Shown one piece after another: positions 39,866-51,389 of a DNA stretch of 64,000 bases; position 1 is the stretch's first letter, and each line of letters begins with the position of its first letter. The DNA lies in the NCBI GenBank assembly GCA_964450385.1, contig CAYVEC010000008.1:3835-67834 (forward strand). The letters are read 5' to 3'. The DNA is from an uncultured Planctomycetales bacterium. GTDB lineage: Bacteria; Omnitrophota; Gorgyraeia; Zapsychrales; JANLHA01. Made by a program: the position numbers and the translations under genes. The notes under the pieces are model-generated. The model saw only the letters and a list, made by a program, of their open reading frames with translations, was not told the origin of the DNA and ran no database searches.

Positions 39866-41281
39866 ATGAAAAAAATGTGTCTGATGACATTAGCCGCTAT
39901 GCTGATCGCGCCAACGGTTCACGCCGAGACGCTCACATCCACCCTTAAGGACCAGACCTCGGTCGAGGTCACGGTCTACAATTCCAACATCGGCCTTGTC
40001 AAAGACACACGGCGGATCACGTTGCCGAAAGGCGTCGCCGAACTTCAGTTTATGGATGTCGCCGCGACCATTCAGCCGGTGACGGTGAGCGTCAAATCCC
40101 TGACCGCCCCAGAAAGTTTCCGGATCCTCGAACAGAATTATGAATATGACCTCATGGATTCCCAAAAGCTCCTCGACAAGTTCGTGGGTAAGACCGTGAA
40201 GATCATTGATGAAAATGACTATCAAGGCACCCGGCGTGAACTGACCGCCGAACTCCTCAGTAATAACAAAGGGCCGATCTATCGGATCGATAACGAGATC
40301 TACCTTTCCTATAGCGGCCAGGTCGTGCTCCCCGAGATCCCCAAAAATCTCATTGCCAAACCAACGCTGACCTGGATGTTCAACCATGACCGCGATACTG
40401 AGGAGACGATCGAAGCGTCGTACTTAACGCACAATCTCAATTGGAACGCTGACTATGTCCTAACAGTCAATGCCGACGACACGCTTGCCGGTCTTCATGG
40501 CTGGGTCACGGTCGTGAATATGAGCGGTACCGAGTACACGAACGCCCGTCTTAAACTCGTGGCTGGAGACATTAACCGGGCTGAGTCACGTCTCAAAGAA
40601 GCGCGGGCGGCTAAAATGGTTATGGAGATTGGATTGGGAGATCGGGGCTTTACAGAGCAGTCATTTTTTGAATATCATATCTATGATCTTGAACGGCCAA
40701 CAACCCTTAAAAATAATCAGACGAAGCAACTGAGCCTCCTCAGCGCTGACGCGATCGGGATCCGTAAGGAATTTATTCTCTACGGCACCACCGGATACTA
40801 CGCAGATCGTTATCCGTCGATTCCTGCCTCAAAAGTCGGGGTCTATTTAAAATTCAAGAATGACGTCCAGAGCCATCTTGGGATGCCGCTCCCGGCCGGG
40901 GTTGTGCGGCTCTATAAGGCCGACGCCTCTGACCGGCTTCAGCTTATCGGCGAAGACCGCATTGACCACACGCCGAAAGATGAGGAGATCACCCTTAAGG
41001 TCGGAGACGCCTTTGATGTGGTCGCGGAGCGCCGCCAAACGGATTATCAGAATATTAATCGGCGACTCCATGAAACGGCCTGGGAAGTCGTGTTACGCAA
41101 TCACAAGACCGAAGACATAACCGTCGCCGTGATTGAGCCGGTTTACGGAGACTGGGAAATAGTGGAGTCAAGCCTCCCGCATGAAAAACTCGATGCCGAG
41201 ACCATAAAATTCAACATCCCCGTTCCCAAAGATGGCGAGACGACGTTGACCTATCGGGTACGGATTAATACCTATTATTAA
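39866..41281 (+). CDS. secreted DUF4139/DUF4140-family (MuiA-like) protein
   Basis: Signal peptide ends HA. N-terminal VEVTVYNSNIGLVKDTRRITLPKGVAELQFMDVAATIQPVTVSV matches the DUF4140 N-domain pattern. Confidence 0.6.
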   Translation: MKKMCLMTLAAMLIAPTVHAETLTSTLKDQTSVEVTVYNSNIGLVKDTRRITLPKGVAELQFMDVAATIQPVTVSVKSLTAPESFRILEQNYEYDLMDSQKLLDKFVGKTVKIIDENDYQGTRRELTAELLSNNKGPIYRIDNEIYLSYSGQVVLPEIPKNLIAKPTLTWMFNHDRDTEETIEASYLTHNLNWNADYVLTVNADDTLAGLHGWVTVVNMSGTEYTNARLKLVAGDINRAESRLKEARAAKMVMEIGLGDRGFTEQSFFEYHIYDLERPTTLKNNQTKQLSLLSADAIGIRKEFILYGTTGYYADRYPSIPASKVGVYLKFKNDVQSHLGMPLPAGVVRLYKADASDRLQLIGEDRIDHTPKDEEITLKVGDAFDVVAERRQTDYQNINRRLHETAWEVVLRNHKTEDITVAVIEPVYGDWEIVESSLPHEKLDAETIKFNIPVPKDGETTLTYRVRINTYY

Positions 41282-41306
41282 GAAGGTAGATAAACAAGGC
41301 GCGAGG

Positions 41307-42767
41307 TTATCCGCGTCGGGGATGAGCAGACGGCATCCGGAAACATCTCCCCATGAAGTAGCCCACGAAGGCCTTGAATCCATAGAGTTTTCGAATCAAG
41401 TCGCCAAGGCTCCGAATCGAGACCAGCATCCGCCACATCTGCGCAGGCCTCAGATAAAATTCTTTTAATCCCTCATCGATCAGCCGATCGATTTCCGTAT
41501 TCGAGAGCTGCGGATAACTTAACAGCGTTTTTTGCTCTCCGGTCTCTGTGAGCCATTCATCCCAATCCTGAGCGAGGATGTAGCCGTGGTCCTTGGCCCA
41601 CTGATAAAGGGTGGTGCCGGGATAGACCGCGATCCCCGTGATCTGGATCGTGTCGAGCGGAAGGGATTTCGCGAGCTCGATCGTCTCGCGGGCCGTCTGA
41701 TGGGTCTCACCGGGCGCGCCGATCATAAAACACCCATGAATGATGAATCCAAGCCGGTGGGCCTCCCCGGCAAAGGCCCGGGCCATGTCGACCGAGACCA
41801 TGCCTTTGTGCACAGCCTTAAAAGCCGCGTCATACCCGAATTCAAAACCGGTCATAAGCATCCGGCACCCCGCCTTTTTCATGAGAGGCAGGAGGGAGAG
41901 ATCAGTATTGATCCGGGTGTTGCAGGACCATGAGATCTTTTGATGCAATCCACGGCGGATGATCTCCTCACAGACAGCCCGGGCGTGGCCGGTGTCCGCC
42001 GCAAAGGTATCGGTCTCGAACATAATCTCGCGGATCTGCGGAAAGAGTTTTAGATCAAATTCCATCTCGTCAGCCACCTGCTCAGGGGTCCGGTTGCGGA
42101 GCCCATGGCCGTACATAAGCTGCGGGTCACGACAGAACGAGCAGGCATTGTTACATCCGCGGCCGGTCATAAGCGTCAAGAATGGGAATTTCTTTCCGGC
42201 ATCCGGATACCACTCGGGCCGAATGAGACTCCACGCGGGAAAGGGAAGGGAACGAACATCGATCGGAGGCCGGTTCGGGTTATGGACAACCGCGCCGTCA
42301 TTCATCCAGCTCAAACCTAAGATCTCTTCATCGGGCCGTCCGTCGGCAAGTTCCCGCAGGGTCTCATCATATTCCCTCCGAAGGATATAATCAACCGTGC
42401 CCCGGCCGATCTCAAAGGTGTTGTCCGGTTCAGCAGTCACATGCTGTCCCACAAAAGCGACCCGGCAGCCGGTTGCCTGCTTGATCTGCCGAGCCTGTTC
42501 AATATCCGCGTAGATCGACGGGGTTGTGGCATGGATCACGAGAAGATCAGGCCGGATGTCCGTACAGAGCCGCAGTGTTTTCTCTGGACTGAAATTCCGT
42601 GCTGCCGCCTCGATAAAACTCACATCATGACCCGCGTCAATCAGGATCTGGGCCGCAATGAGGAGATATTCGGGATGGCGCTGAACGCGGCCGCGGGATT
42701 TGGCGGCCCAGCGTGCGACACGGACAAAATTCGTACCATACGACGGATTGACGATCGTGACGGTCAT
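41307..42767 (-). CDS. B12-binding-domain radical SAM protein (class B)
   Basis: N-terminal Rossmann-like B12 domain (VIHATTP...RVAFVGQHV), then GRGCNNACSFCRD (CxxxCxxC). Confidence 0.75.
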   Translation of the reverse strand: MTVTIVNPSYGTNFVRVARWAAKSRGRVQRHPEYLLIAAQILIDAGHDVSFIEAAARNFSPEKTLRLCTDIRPDLLVIHATTPSIYADIEQARQIKQATGCRVAFVGQHVTAEPDNTFEIGRGTVDYILRREYDETLRELADGRPDEEILGLSWMNDGAVVHNPNRPPIDVRSLPFPAWSLIRPEWYPDAGKKFPFLTLMTGRGCNNACSFCRDPQLMYGHGLRNRTPEQVADEMEFDLKLFPQIREIMFETDTFAADTGHARAVCEEIIRRGLHQKISWSCNTRINTDLSLLPLMKKAGCRMLMTGFEFGYDAAFKAVHKGMVSVDMARAFAGEAHRLGFIIHGCFMIGAPGETHQTARETIELAKSLPLDTIQITGIAVYPGTTLYQWAKDHGYILAQDWDEWLTETGEQKTLLSYPQLSNTEIDRLIDEGLKEFYLRPAQMWRMLVSIRSLGDLIRKLYGFKAFVGYFMGRCFRMPSAHPRRG

Positions 42768-42891
42768 AGCAGCCCTTTCCGGTTCTGTCCTATCTTAAAA
42801 CCCGTCCTTGGCTTTGGCAAGGAGGGAATGAAAAATTAAAAATATTTTCCGCCGCCATGTGCCGATGCTATACTGCCTGCAAAGGACTTTC

Positions 42892-44523
42892 ATGAAGATT
42901 TCAAATAAAATATCACTCCTGATCCTGTTCCTCCTGTTCGTCCTCGCGGCGAATGCCTGTATCGGCCTGGTTCAGCTCTCGAAGATCAACCTTGAACTGC
43001 GGACCGTGGTCGAGCGCGACCTGGCTCTAACAACCGCCATGACGCAGGTCTCCCAGCGTCAGCTTGAGAAGGGGGTCCTCATCGAGCGGCTTCTGAACAT
43101 CTCTGAGGAACTGAACACCGAAGACCTCCCCGCAGCCCGCCGAACCCATCTCATCGATCAAACACGGGTCACGGGAGAGCGGATCGCGGCCTTGTCCCAG
43201 CAGGCAGCCCAGAAGATTATTGAGGCCCGCCGCCTGATCCAGGACGGGATCCGCCATTCACCCTTTTCGGTCAAACGCCAGGAGCTCGCCTCTGCCGGCT
43301 CGGTCCTGGCCGAGATAGAACAACGCCATATTCAGTACGACCTCCTCATCGCGTCGATCCTCAACGCAGTGACGGACGCGGCCTTTGAGCTTTCATTTGA
43401 CGAGCTCCGTCGGATCGAACACGGTTCCACGCGCCTGAGCGAACAATTAAAAAAATTCGTCGCGGATGTCCAGGCCTTCTCGCGCGCCTCGCTCGTCACG
43501 GCCAAAGCCGAGGAAAGCGCCGCGCGGCGGATCCTCTGGATCAGTTTCGCGATCTGTCTTTTGATCAGTATGGTCATTGCAAGTGCGATCATCCGGAGTA
43601 TCGTCGAACCCCTCACGGAGCTCAACAATGCCGCCCACGCCGTGGGAGAAGGGAATTTTTTCATCCGCTTAACGCGCCTCACACGCGATGAAATCGGTGA
43701 GGTCGGGCATGCGTTCAACGCCATGACCCAGCGGATCCTGGAATTTACGACCCAGCTGAAACAAAAAAAGGAACAGCTCTCCGAGGCCCTTCGGATCACC
43801 GAGGCGCAGAAAAACGATCTTGAGCGTGTCAATAAAGAGCTCGATAGTTTTGTGCACACCGTGAGCCATGACCTACGCTCGCCGCTCCTCGGGATCGTCG
43901 GATACAGTGATTTTCTTCACACCAACTACGCCGCCCAACTTGACGAAAAAGGCCAGCGGAGCCTGAACGGCATCATCCGGAGCGCCGAGCGGATGCAGGA
44001 CCTCATTACCGATCTTCTCACCCTCACGCGCATCGCCAGGATCAAGAACCCTTACGAACCCGTGGACCTTAACGATACGGTTCAGGCGATCTGCGAACGG
44101 CTCGAATATGAGATCGAGACCCATCACGCGGCGGTCCAGATCGAGCAGGGACTACCCACGATCGTCTGCGACCGGATCAAGATGCATGAGGTCTTTTTAA
44201 ATCTGATCAACAACGCGATCAAGTTTTCCTCCAAGGTCACGAGCCGCACCCCGGTGATCCGCATCGGGTCCGCGGCCCTGGACCATGACTGGGAATTTTG
44301 GGTCGCGGACAACGGGATCGGAATCCCGGAAGAATATCACGATGAGATCTTTGACCTCTTTAAGCGACTTCACACATCGACCGAGTATGAGGGGACAGGG
44401 GCCGGACTCAGCATTGTAAAAGCGGTCATCGAAAGCCACGGAGGCCGGATCTGGGTTGAGTCGCGCGTCGGCGAGGGAGCAGCCTTTCATTTCACGATTC
44501 CCAAAGGCCTCACACCGGGTTGA
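42892..44523 (+). CDS. membrane sensor histidine kinase with HAMP domain
   Basis: Two TM segments. HAMP: LTELNNAAHAVGEGNFFIRL...IGEVGHAFNAMTQRI. H-box: VHTVSHDLRSPL. ATPase: DNGIGIPE...GTGAGLSIVK. Confidence 0.8.
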   Translation: MKISNKISLLILFLLFVLAANACIGLVQLSKINLELRTVVERDLALTTAMTQVSQRQLEKGVLIERLLNISEELNTEDLPAARRTHLIDQTRVTGERIAALSQQAAQKIIEARRLIQDGIRHSPFSVKRQELASAGSVLAEIEQRHIQYDLLIASILNAVTDAAFELSFDELRRIEHGSTRLSEQLKKFVADVQAFSRASLVTAKAEESAARRILWISFAICLLISMVIASAIIRSIVEPLTELNNAAHAVGEGNFFIRLTRLTRDEIGEVGHAFNAMTQRILEFTTQLKQKKEQLSEALRITEAQKNDLERVNKELDSFVHTVSHDLRSPLLGIVGYSDFLHTNYAAQLDEKGQRSLNGIIRSAERMQDLITDLLTLTRIARIKNPYEPVDLNDTVQAICERLEYEIETHHAAVQIEQGLPTIVCDRIKMHEVFLNLINNAIKFSSKVTSRTPVIRIGSAALDHDWEFWVADNGIGIPEEYHDEIFDLFKRLHTSTEYEGTGAGLSIVKAVIESHGGRIWVESRVGEGAAFHFTIPKGLTPG

Positions 44524-44538
44524 TCCACCGTCCAACAT

Positions 44539-44567
44539 TTGACGCACCGGAACACTTTCTATATAAT
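44539..44567 (+). promoter_or_regulatory. candidate sigma-70 promoter TTGACG-N17-TATAAT upstream of acnA
   Basis: TTGACG at 44539-44544 and TATAAT at 44562-44567. Confidence 0.4.
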
Positions 44568-44605
44568 AGGCTGTCTTTTTAACCGATCACGGCAAGGAAT
44601 CGATC

Positions 44606-47305
44606 ATGGACACCCGTATCACGCACGCCGCTTTAAAAACCGAGCATGGCGTTTTTAAGTACTTTAAGATCAATGACGTCACCCGCCTTGGCCTGGGCGA
44701 CCCGAAACGTCTTCCTTTTTCAATCCGGATCCTTCTTGAAAATGCCCTGCGCCACTGTGACGGTTTCCGAGTCACGGCCCAAGACGTCGAGCGCATCGCG
44801 TCATGGCAGCCGCACGATCTCCACCGGCAGGAGATCGCCTTTAACCCGAGCCGGGTGATCCTTCAAGATTTCACCGGGGTTCCGTGTGTCGTTGACCTTG
44901 CCGCGATGCGCGCCGCGGTCAAACGGCTCGGGGGCGACATCTCAAAGATCAATCCACTTGTCCCGTGCGACCTCGTCATCGACCACTCGCTCCAGATCGA
45001 CGCCTATGGATGCCCCGAGGCGTTTGCCATCAATATGCAAAAAGAATTTGAGCGCAACGCCGAGCGCTACGCCTTTCTCAAATGGGGACAGGAGGTCTTT
45101 AAAAATTTCCGCGTCGTGCCGCCGGGAACAGGGATCATCCATCAGGTCAACCTCGAATATCTGGCCCATGGGGTCATCACAAAAAAACGGGCCGATGGCA
45201 CCTCGGATGTCTTTTTTGACAGCGTGGTCGGGACGGACAGTCACACGACCATGATCAACGGCCTGGGGATCCTGGGCTGGGGCGTGGGAGGGATCGAGGC
45301 CGAGGCCGTGATGCTCGGCGAACCGATCACCATGCTGCTCCCAGAGGTCATCGGTTTTGAACTGACGGGCCGACTCCGTGACGGCGTGACCGCGACCGAC
45401 CTGGTCCTGACCATTGTCGAGATCCTCCGAAAAAAAGGGGTGGTTGGTAAATTTGTCGAATATATCGGCGACGGTCTCGCCGGACTCTCCCTTCCGGACC
45501 GGGCCACGATTGCGAACATGGCGCCGGAGTACGGGGCCACTGCTGGGATGTTCCCGATCGATCATGCGGTACTTGAATATTACGCGTTGACCGGACGCGA
45601 TCCGAAACAGATCGATCTCATCGAACAATACACGCGCGCCCAGGGGATGTTCTATTCCCCGGGTGACCCGCGCCCTGAGTACAGCGATATCCTGCGGCTG
45701 GACCTTGACAGTATCGAGCCGTCGATCGCTGGCCCCAAACGACCGCAGGACCGGATCACCCTGCGATCGGTGACAGAACAGTTCAATAAGTCCCTAACAT
45801 CCTCGGACCCCAAGACCGGTTTTGGCCTCACCCCAGAATCCAGCGCATCGCGGACCGTGTTACCGACGGGCGAGACATTGACCCACGGGAGTGTGGTGAT
45901 CGCCTCGATCACAAGTTGCACCAACACCTCGAACCCCGCGGTCCTTATTGCCGCCGGATTGCTTGCCCAAAAGGCCGTGACAGCGGGTCTTCGCGTTCCG
46001 GGTTTCGTCAAGACGAGTTTCGCGCCTGGCTCACAGGTTGTCGAAGATTATCTTGCCTCAGCGGGGCTGCTGCCATTTCTTGAGCAGCTCGGTTTTCATA
46101 TCGCTGGATACGGATGCGCCACCTGTATCGGGAACAGCGGGCCACTGCGCCAGGATGTCGCCAATGCGATTACCACACACCGGCTCGTGGCCGCAAGCGT
46201 GCTGAGCGGCAACCGGAATTTCGAGGGGCGCGTCAATCCCCTGACCCGGGCGAATTATCTTGCCTCGCCGCCCCTGGTCGTGGCCTACGCCTTAGCCGGA
46301 CGCGTGACGATCGATTTTGACCGCGAACCGATCGGCATGATTAAAGGTCATCCCGTTTATCTAAAGGATATCTGGCCGTCTCAGGCCGAGATCGACCGAG
46401 TCGGCCAAGATCACGTTGAGGCCCAGTCTTTTATCAAGCGATATCAGGATGTTGGAACGAGCAATGAAAAATGGAACGTCATCGCCTCGGGGAAGGAGCC
46501 GCTCTTTGACTGGCCACGGGAGAGCACCTATATTCAGGAGCCACCATTTTTAAGCGGAATGACGCTCACCCCGGCTCCGCTTCAGCCGATCCAGGGGGCC
46601 CGCGTTCTCCTCAAACTCGGCGACTCGATCACAACAGACCATATTTCACCGGCGGGCTCGATCGCGCCGGACAGCCCGGCCGGTCGATATCTGACGGGCC
46701 TCGGCGTGGCACGTGAGGACTTCAATTCCTACGGCGCGCGCCGGGGGAACGACCGTGTCATGACCCGTGGCACCTTTGCCAATATCCGCCTACGGAACCA
46801 GCTCGCTCCGGGTACCGAAGGCTCCTGGACACGCCATTTTCCGTCGGGCGACCTAATGAGTGTCTTTGACGCTGCCGAACGATACCGCAAGGAACACATT
46901 CCGCTCATCGTCCTCGCCGGCAAAGAGTACGGGACCGGCTCAAGCCGTGATTGGGCGGCCAAGGGTCCGGCCCTGCTCGGGATCCGGGCGGTGATCGCGC
47001 AAAGCTTTGAACGAATCCACCGATCAAATCTCGCTGGGATGGGCATTCTCCCGCTCCAGTTTCACGACGGAGAAAGCACCGACAGTCTAGGCCTCACCGG
47101 CGCAGAAGTGATCAATCTTTCGGGGATCGAGACCGGCCTGACTCCGGGCAAGACCCTTCGCGTCACGGCCCTGCCGGCGGATGGAGGGCGTGCGATCGGT
47201 TTTGATGTCGTCTGCCGTCTCGACACACCAGTCGAGGTCGACTATTTCCGCCACGAGGGGATCCTGCCGGCGGTCGTGCGTAAACTGATCACGGACCGAT
47301 CTTGA
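44606..47305 (+). CDS. acnA: aconitate hydratase A
   Basis: 899 aa. Aconitase Cys ligands in SCTNTSN and CATCIGNSG contexts. Swivel-domain C-terminus. Confidence 0.9.
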   Translation: MDTRITHAALKTEHGVFKYFKINDVTRLGLGDPKRLPFSIRILLENALRHCDGFRVTAQDVERIASWQPHDLHRQEIAFNPSRVILQDFTGVPCVVDLAAMRAAVKRLGGDISKINPLVPCDLVIDHSLQIDAYGCPEAFAINMQKEFERNAERYAFLKWGQEVFKNFRVVPPGTGIIHQVNLEYLAHGVITKKRADGTSDVFFDSVVGTDSHTTMINGLGILGWGVGGIEAEAVMLGEPITMLLPEVIGFELTGRLRDGVTATDLVLTIVEILRKKGVVGKFVEYIGDGLAGLSLPDRATIANMAPEYGATAGMFPIDHAVLEYYALTGRDPKQIDLIEQYTRAQGMFYSPGDPRPEYSDILRLDLDSIEPSIAGPKRPQDRITLRSVTEQFNKSLTSSDPKTGFGLTPESSASRTVLPTGETLTHGSVVIASITSCTNTSNPAVLIAAGLLAQKAVTAGLRVPGFVKTSFAPGSQVVEDYLASAGLLPFLEQLGFHIAGYGCATCIGNSGPLRQDVANAITTHRLVAASVLSGNRNFEGRVNPLTRANYLASPPLVVAYALAGRVTIDFDREPIGMIKGHPVYLKDIWPSQAEIDRVGQDHVEAQSFIKRYQDVGTSNEKWNVIASGKEPLFDWPRESTYIQEPPFLSGMTLTPAPLQPIQGARVLLKLGDSITTDHISPAGSIAPDSPAGRYLTGLGVAREDFNSYGARRGNDRVMTRGTFANIRLRNQLAPGTEGSWTRHFPSGDLMSVFDAAERYRKEHIPLIVLAGKEYGTGSSRDWAAKGPALLGIRAVIAQSFERIHRSNLAGMGILPLQFHDGESTDSLGLTGAEVINLSGIETGLTPGKTLRVTALPADGGRAIGFDVVCRLDTPVEVDYFRHEGILPAVVRKLITDRS

Positions 47306-47332
47306 CAGTATAAAAACAGGAGGAAGGGAGTT

Positions 47333-48742
47333 TTGTCCATGACACCACGAACGATGTACCAAAAAATATGGGACGCGCACCTTGTCCGGCCAAGCCAGGG
47401 TGACACGTCCCTGATCTATGTCGACCGCCACCTTATCCATGAGGTCACGAGTCCCCAGGCCTTTGAGGGTCTTCGGACAAATCATCGACGGGTACGCTGC
47501 CCGCACAAGACCTTAGCTACCATGGACCATAATGTCCCGACCGATACCCAGGACCCCTCGACCTTGACCGGCATGTCCCGCGTCCAGATCGAGACTCTGG
47601 TCGCTAATTGCAAGGAATTCGGGGTGCCGCTCCATGATATGTCGAGCCTCCATCATGGGATCGTCCACATCATCGGTCCGGAGCTCGGCATCACGCAACC
47701 GGGAATGGTGATCGTCTGCGGGGATTCGCATACCGCGACCCACGGCGCCTTCGGTGCCCTTGCGTTCGGGATCGGAACCTCGGAGGTCGAACATGTGCTG
47801 GCGACCCAGACCCTTCAGCAAAACACGTCAAAAACCATGCGGATTACTGTTGACGGACAACTCGAGAAAGGCGTGACCGCGAAGGATATCATCCTCTACA
47901 TCATCGGCCAGATCGGGACCGCCGGCGCCACGGGATACGTGATCGAATATTCCGGCAGCGCGATCCAGGCCCTGTCGATGGAAGGCCGCATGACGGTCTG
48001 TAACATGAGCATCGAGGCCGGTGCCCGTGCCGGGATGATTGCGCCCGACGCAACGACGTTCGCCTATTTAAAAGGCCGGACCAATGCGCCGCAGGGTGAT
48101 GACTGGCCCCGGGCCGTGGCCTATTGGAAGACCCTGGCGTCGGATACCGGGGCCCGCTATGACGCAGAGCACCATTTTAAGGCTGAGATGATCACCCCGC
48201 AGGTCACCTGGGGGACAAGCCCGGGCCAGGTGGTCTCGATCGACGGCAGGGTGCCGGCGCCCGAGGATTTCAGGGACCCGACAGAGCAGGTAGCGTGCAA
48301 GAATGCCCTGCGCTATATGGGATTGACCCCAGGGACACCGATGACCGATATCGCGATCGACACCGTCTTTATCGGGTCATGTACGAACGGCCGCATCGAA
48401 GACCTGCGCGCGGCCGCCGGAATCCTTAAAGGGCATCACATCCATCCCGGGACCCGTGTTCTGATCGTGCCGGGGTCGCGCGCTGTAAAAGACCAAGCGG
48501 AACGTGAGGGACTCGACCGCATTTTTCTTGACGCCGGCTGTGAATGGCGTTTTGCCGGGTGCTCGATGTGCCTGGCCATGAATACAGATCAGCTCAAGGA
48601 GGGCGAACGGTCTGTTTCAACGAGCAACCGCAATTTCGAAGGCCGTCAAGGCCCCGGTGGCCGAACGCATCTCGCGAGTCCCGAGACGGCGGCCGTGGCA
48701 GCGCTCGCTGGCCGGCTTGTTGATGTCCGAACATATCTTTAA
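47333..48742 (+). CDS. leuC: 3-isopropylmalate dehydratase large subunit (or homologous (homo)aconitase large subunit)
   Basis: [12 protein letters not shown]-terminus. GSCTNGR and CSMCLAMN cluster-ligand motifs. Confidence 0.75.
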   Translation: MSMTPRTMYQKIWDAHLVRPSQGDTSLIYVDRHLIHEVTSPQAFEGLRTNHRRVRCPHKTLATMDHNVPTDTQDPSTLTGMSRVQIETLVANCKEFGVPLHDMSSLHHGIVHIIGPELGITQPGMVIVCGDSHTATHGAFGALAFGIGTSEVEHVLATQTLQQNTSKTMRITVDGQLEKGVTAKDIILYIIGQIGTAGATGYVIEYSGSAIQALSMEGRMTVCNMSIEAGARAGMIAPDATTFAYLKGRTNAPQGDDWPRAVAYWKTLASDTGARYDAEHHFKAEMITPQVTWGTSPGQVVSIDGRVPAPEDFRDPTEQVACKNALRYMGLTPGTPMTDIAIDTVFIGSCTNGRIEDLRAAAGILKGHHIHPGTRVLIVPGSRAVKDQAEREGLDRIFLDAGCEWRFAGCSMCLAMNTDQLKEGERSVSTSNRNFEGRQGPGGRTHLASPETAAVAALAGRLVDVRTYL

Positions 48743-48791
48743 TGACCTCGATTGCCCGGCTCATGCCCGGCCGCCGAGAGAAAGGACGTTT

Positions 48792-49406
48792 ATGAAACCT
48801 TTGATCACACATACCGGGATCGTGGCCCCACTTGACCGCAATAACGTGGACACGGACCTGATCATCCCGAAACAATTCCTAAAAAAGACCGGGCGCGCGG
48901 GTTTTGGCCAGCATCTCTTTCATGAGATCCGATATCTCGACTATGAAGGGACTCGCGAAAACCCAACGTTTGTCCTGAATCAACCGGCCTATCGCGCTGC
49001 GAGCGTGCTGCTGGCCCGTGACAATTTCGGCTGCGGATCGTCGCGCGAGCACGCCCCTTGGGCGCTCGAGGATTTCGGCTTCAGAGTGATCATCGCCCCG
49101 AGTTTTGCGGATATTTTTTATAATAACAGTTTAAAGAACGGAATTCTTTTGGTACGATTAACGAGTAGCGAGGTCAATGCCTTATTTACCGAGGCTGCCG
49201 CGCGACCCGGATGCACGATCACCACGGACCTGCTGGCGCAGACCGTGACAAGCCCAGGGGGTCGCGCGTACCGCTTTGAGATCCATCCGTTCGCGAAAGA
49301 ATGCCTGATGAAGGGGCTTGATCAGATCGGTTGGACACTCCAGTTCGATGACCTCATCCGGTCCTACGAGGCCGGCCTGGCCACAACAACGCCGTGGCTC
49401 GCATAA
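48792..49406 (+). CDS. leuD: 3-isopropylmalate dehydratase small subunit
   Basis: ATG 48792 after [20 protein letters not shown] motif. The upstream in-frame extension to 48657 is judged spurious. Confidence 0.75.
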   Translation: MKPLITHTGIVAPLDRNNVDTDLIIPKQFLKKTGRAGFGQHLFHEIRYLDYEGTRENPTFVLNQPAYRAASVLLARDNFGCGSSREHAPWALEDFGFRVIIAPSFADIFYNNSLKNGILLVRLTSSEVNALFTEAAARPGCTITTDLLAQTVTSPGGRAYRFEIHPFAKECLMKGLDQIGWTLQFDDLIRSYEAGLATTTPWLA

Positions 49407-49437
49407 CCGCGGACGGACACAAAAGGGGAGAACGATA

Positions 49438-50514
49438 ATGGCGGGAAACACATTCGGTGAACTGTTCCGGGTGACCACGTTCGGCGAGAGCCACGGACCA
49501 GCCTTGGGTGTGGTGATCGACGGTGTTCCGCCCAATCTGGCGGTCCGGGCTGAGGATATCCAGCGCGAGCTCAACCGCCGCCGGCCCGGCCAGAGCCAGG
49601 CCACGACCGCGCGGTCGGAGGCCGACCAGGCCGAGATCCTTTCCGGCGTTCTGGGAACGCTCACCACCGGAGCGCCGCTCGCGATCCTCCTCAGGAACAC
49701 CGATCAAAAAAGTGATGACTATGCGCCGCTCAAGGACGTCTTCCGGCCCGGCCACGCGGACTACACCTATTTTAAAAAATTCGGCATCCGTGACCACCGG
49801 GGAGGGGGACGATCTTCAGGTCGCGAAACCGCCTGCCGCGTGGCAGCAGGCGCCGTTGCTAAAGCGGTGCTGGCGCCATATGGGATCACAACGATCGCCT
49901 ACACGCGCGCGATCGGTGATGTCACCGCCGCCGCGACAGACCTCCGTGTGATTGACAAGAATGCGGTCCGCGCCTGTGACGCGGCCGCGGCTGACGTGAT
50001 GATCGCGCGGATCGACGAGGCGCGCTCGAGCGGCGACTCCCTCGGCGGGATCGTCGAGGCGGTTGTGAGCGGGTGCCCGGCCGGTCTCGGGGACCCGGTC
50101 TTTGATAAACTGACCGCGCGGCTCGCGCACGCGATCTTTTCGATCGCGGCGATCAAGGCCCTTGAATTCGGCGACGGCTTCGCCGCAGCCCAGCGCCGGG
50201 GATCAGAGCTTAACGACCCGTTCATCCGTGTCGACAATACGATCACGACCGCGACGAACCATGCCGGCGGGATCCTGGGGGGGATCTCGAATGGCGAGGA
50301 TATCCTTCTTCGGATGGCGATCAAACCCCCGTCATCGATCGCCAAGCGCCAGCAGACCGTGACCACCGTCGGTGAGCCGCAGGCCATCGAGATCAAGGGA
50401 CGCCATGACCCGTGCCTCTGCCCGCGGATCGTTCCGGTCATCGAGGCGATGATCAATATCACGCTTGCGGACTGCCTATTGATCCAGCAATCGATCCATC
50501 TTCAAAAACCATGA
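49438..50514 (+). CDS. aroC: chorismate synthase
   Basis: FRVTTFGESHG and RPGHADYTY signatures. Confidence 0.9.
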   Translation: MAGNTFGELFRVTTFGESHGPALGVVIDGVPPNLAVRAEDIQRELNRRRPGQSQATTARSEADQAEILSGVLGTLTTGAPLAILLRNTDQKSDDYAPLKDVFRPGHADYTYFKKFGIRDHRGGGRSSGRETACRVAAGAVAKAVLAPYGITTIAYTRAIGDVTAAATDLRVIDKNAVRACDAAAADVMIARIDEARSSGDSLGGIVEAVVSGCPAGLGDPVFDKLTARLAHAIFSIAAIKALEFGDGFAAAQRRGSELNDPFIRVDNTITTATNHAGGILGGISNGEDILLRMAIKPPSSIAKRQQTVTTVGEPQAIEIKGRHDPCLCPRIVPVIEAMINITLADCLLIQQSIHLQKP

Positions 50515-51389
50515 CACAGCGCCGCACGATCCCCGCATCTCAGGTCGTTCTCGTCACCGGCTGCTCAAGCGGGTTCGGACTCCTGACCGCAGCTCGGCTC
50601 GCCAGCCACGGGCATCAGGTCATTGCCACAATGAGGAACCTGAATAAACAAGGGGCGCTCCAGGATGAGCTCAAACGGCGCGGCGCACAGGCCACGATCC
50701 TCCGCCTTGACGTGGAAGACCCGGCATCGATCCGGGCTGTTGTGACCGAGATCGGCGACCGCTACGGATACCTCGACGGCCTGGTGAACAATGCCGGGGT
50801 CGCGACCGGCGGATTCTTCGAGGACCTCTCGGAGGACGAGATCCGCTCGGTGATGAATATTAATTTTTTCGGTGTTCAGCGCGTGACCCGGGCGGCGCTC
50901 CCGCTCATGCGGACCCAGGGATACGGCAAGATCATCAATCTCTCGAGCATCTCCGGCCGATATGGATCACCGGCCTTCGGCGCCTACACCGCGAGCAAAT
51001 GGGCCTTGGAAGGATTCTCAGAAAGCCTCTATTTTGAACTCCGTCCGTTCGGCATTCATGTGGTCCTCATCGAACCCGGGGCCTACCGGACGAAGATCTT
51101 CAGCGAGAATGCCCGTCTGGCCACCGGCTTTGGCGACCCGCAGAGCCCGTATGCCGCGCGGTCGCTTTTTTTAAAGAAAAAGATCGATGATCATATTCAG
51201 GATAATTTTCGCGACCCTGAGGATATCGCCGCGCTCATCGAGCGCGTGCTTCAGAGCCCTGATCCGGGGCTGCGCTATATCCCGGAATGGAGCAGCCGAT
51301 GTCTCACCCTGCTCCGGGGGGTCCTGCCGTTCCGGCTCTATGCCTGGATCTACGAAACCCTGCTCTTCCGCGGACTGAAAGAATCCTAA
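50511..51389 (+). CDS. short-chain dehydrogenase/reductase (SDR)
   Basis: TGCSSGFG cofactor motif, YTASKWAL (YxxxK) active site, ATGA overlap with aroC. Confidence 0.75.
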   Translation: MTQRRTIPASQVVLVTGCSSGFGLLTAARLASHGHQVIATMRNLNKQGALQDELKRRGAQATILRLDVEDPASIRAVVTEIGDRYGYLDGLVNNAGVATGGFFEDLSEDEIRSVMNINFFGVQRVTRAALPLMRTQGYGKIINLSSISGRYGSPAFGAYTASKWALEGFSESLYFELRPFGIHVVLIEPGAYRTKIFSENARLATGFGDPQSPYAARSLFLKKKIDDHIQDNFRDPEDIAALIERVLQSPDPGLRYIPEWSSRCLTLLRGVLPFRLYAWIYETLLFRGLKES

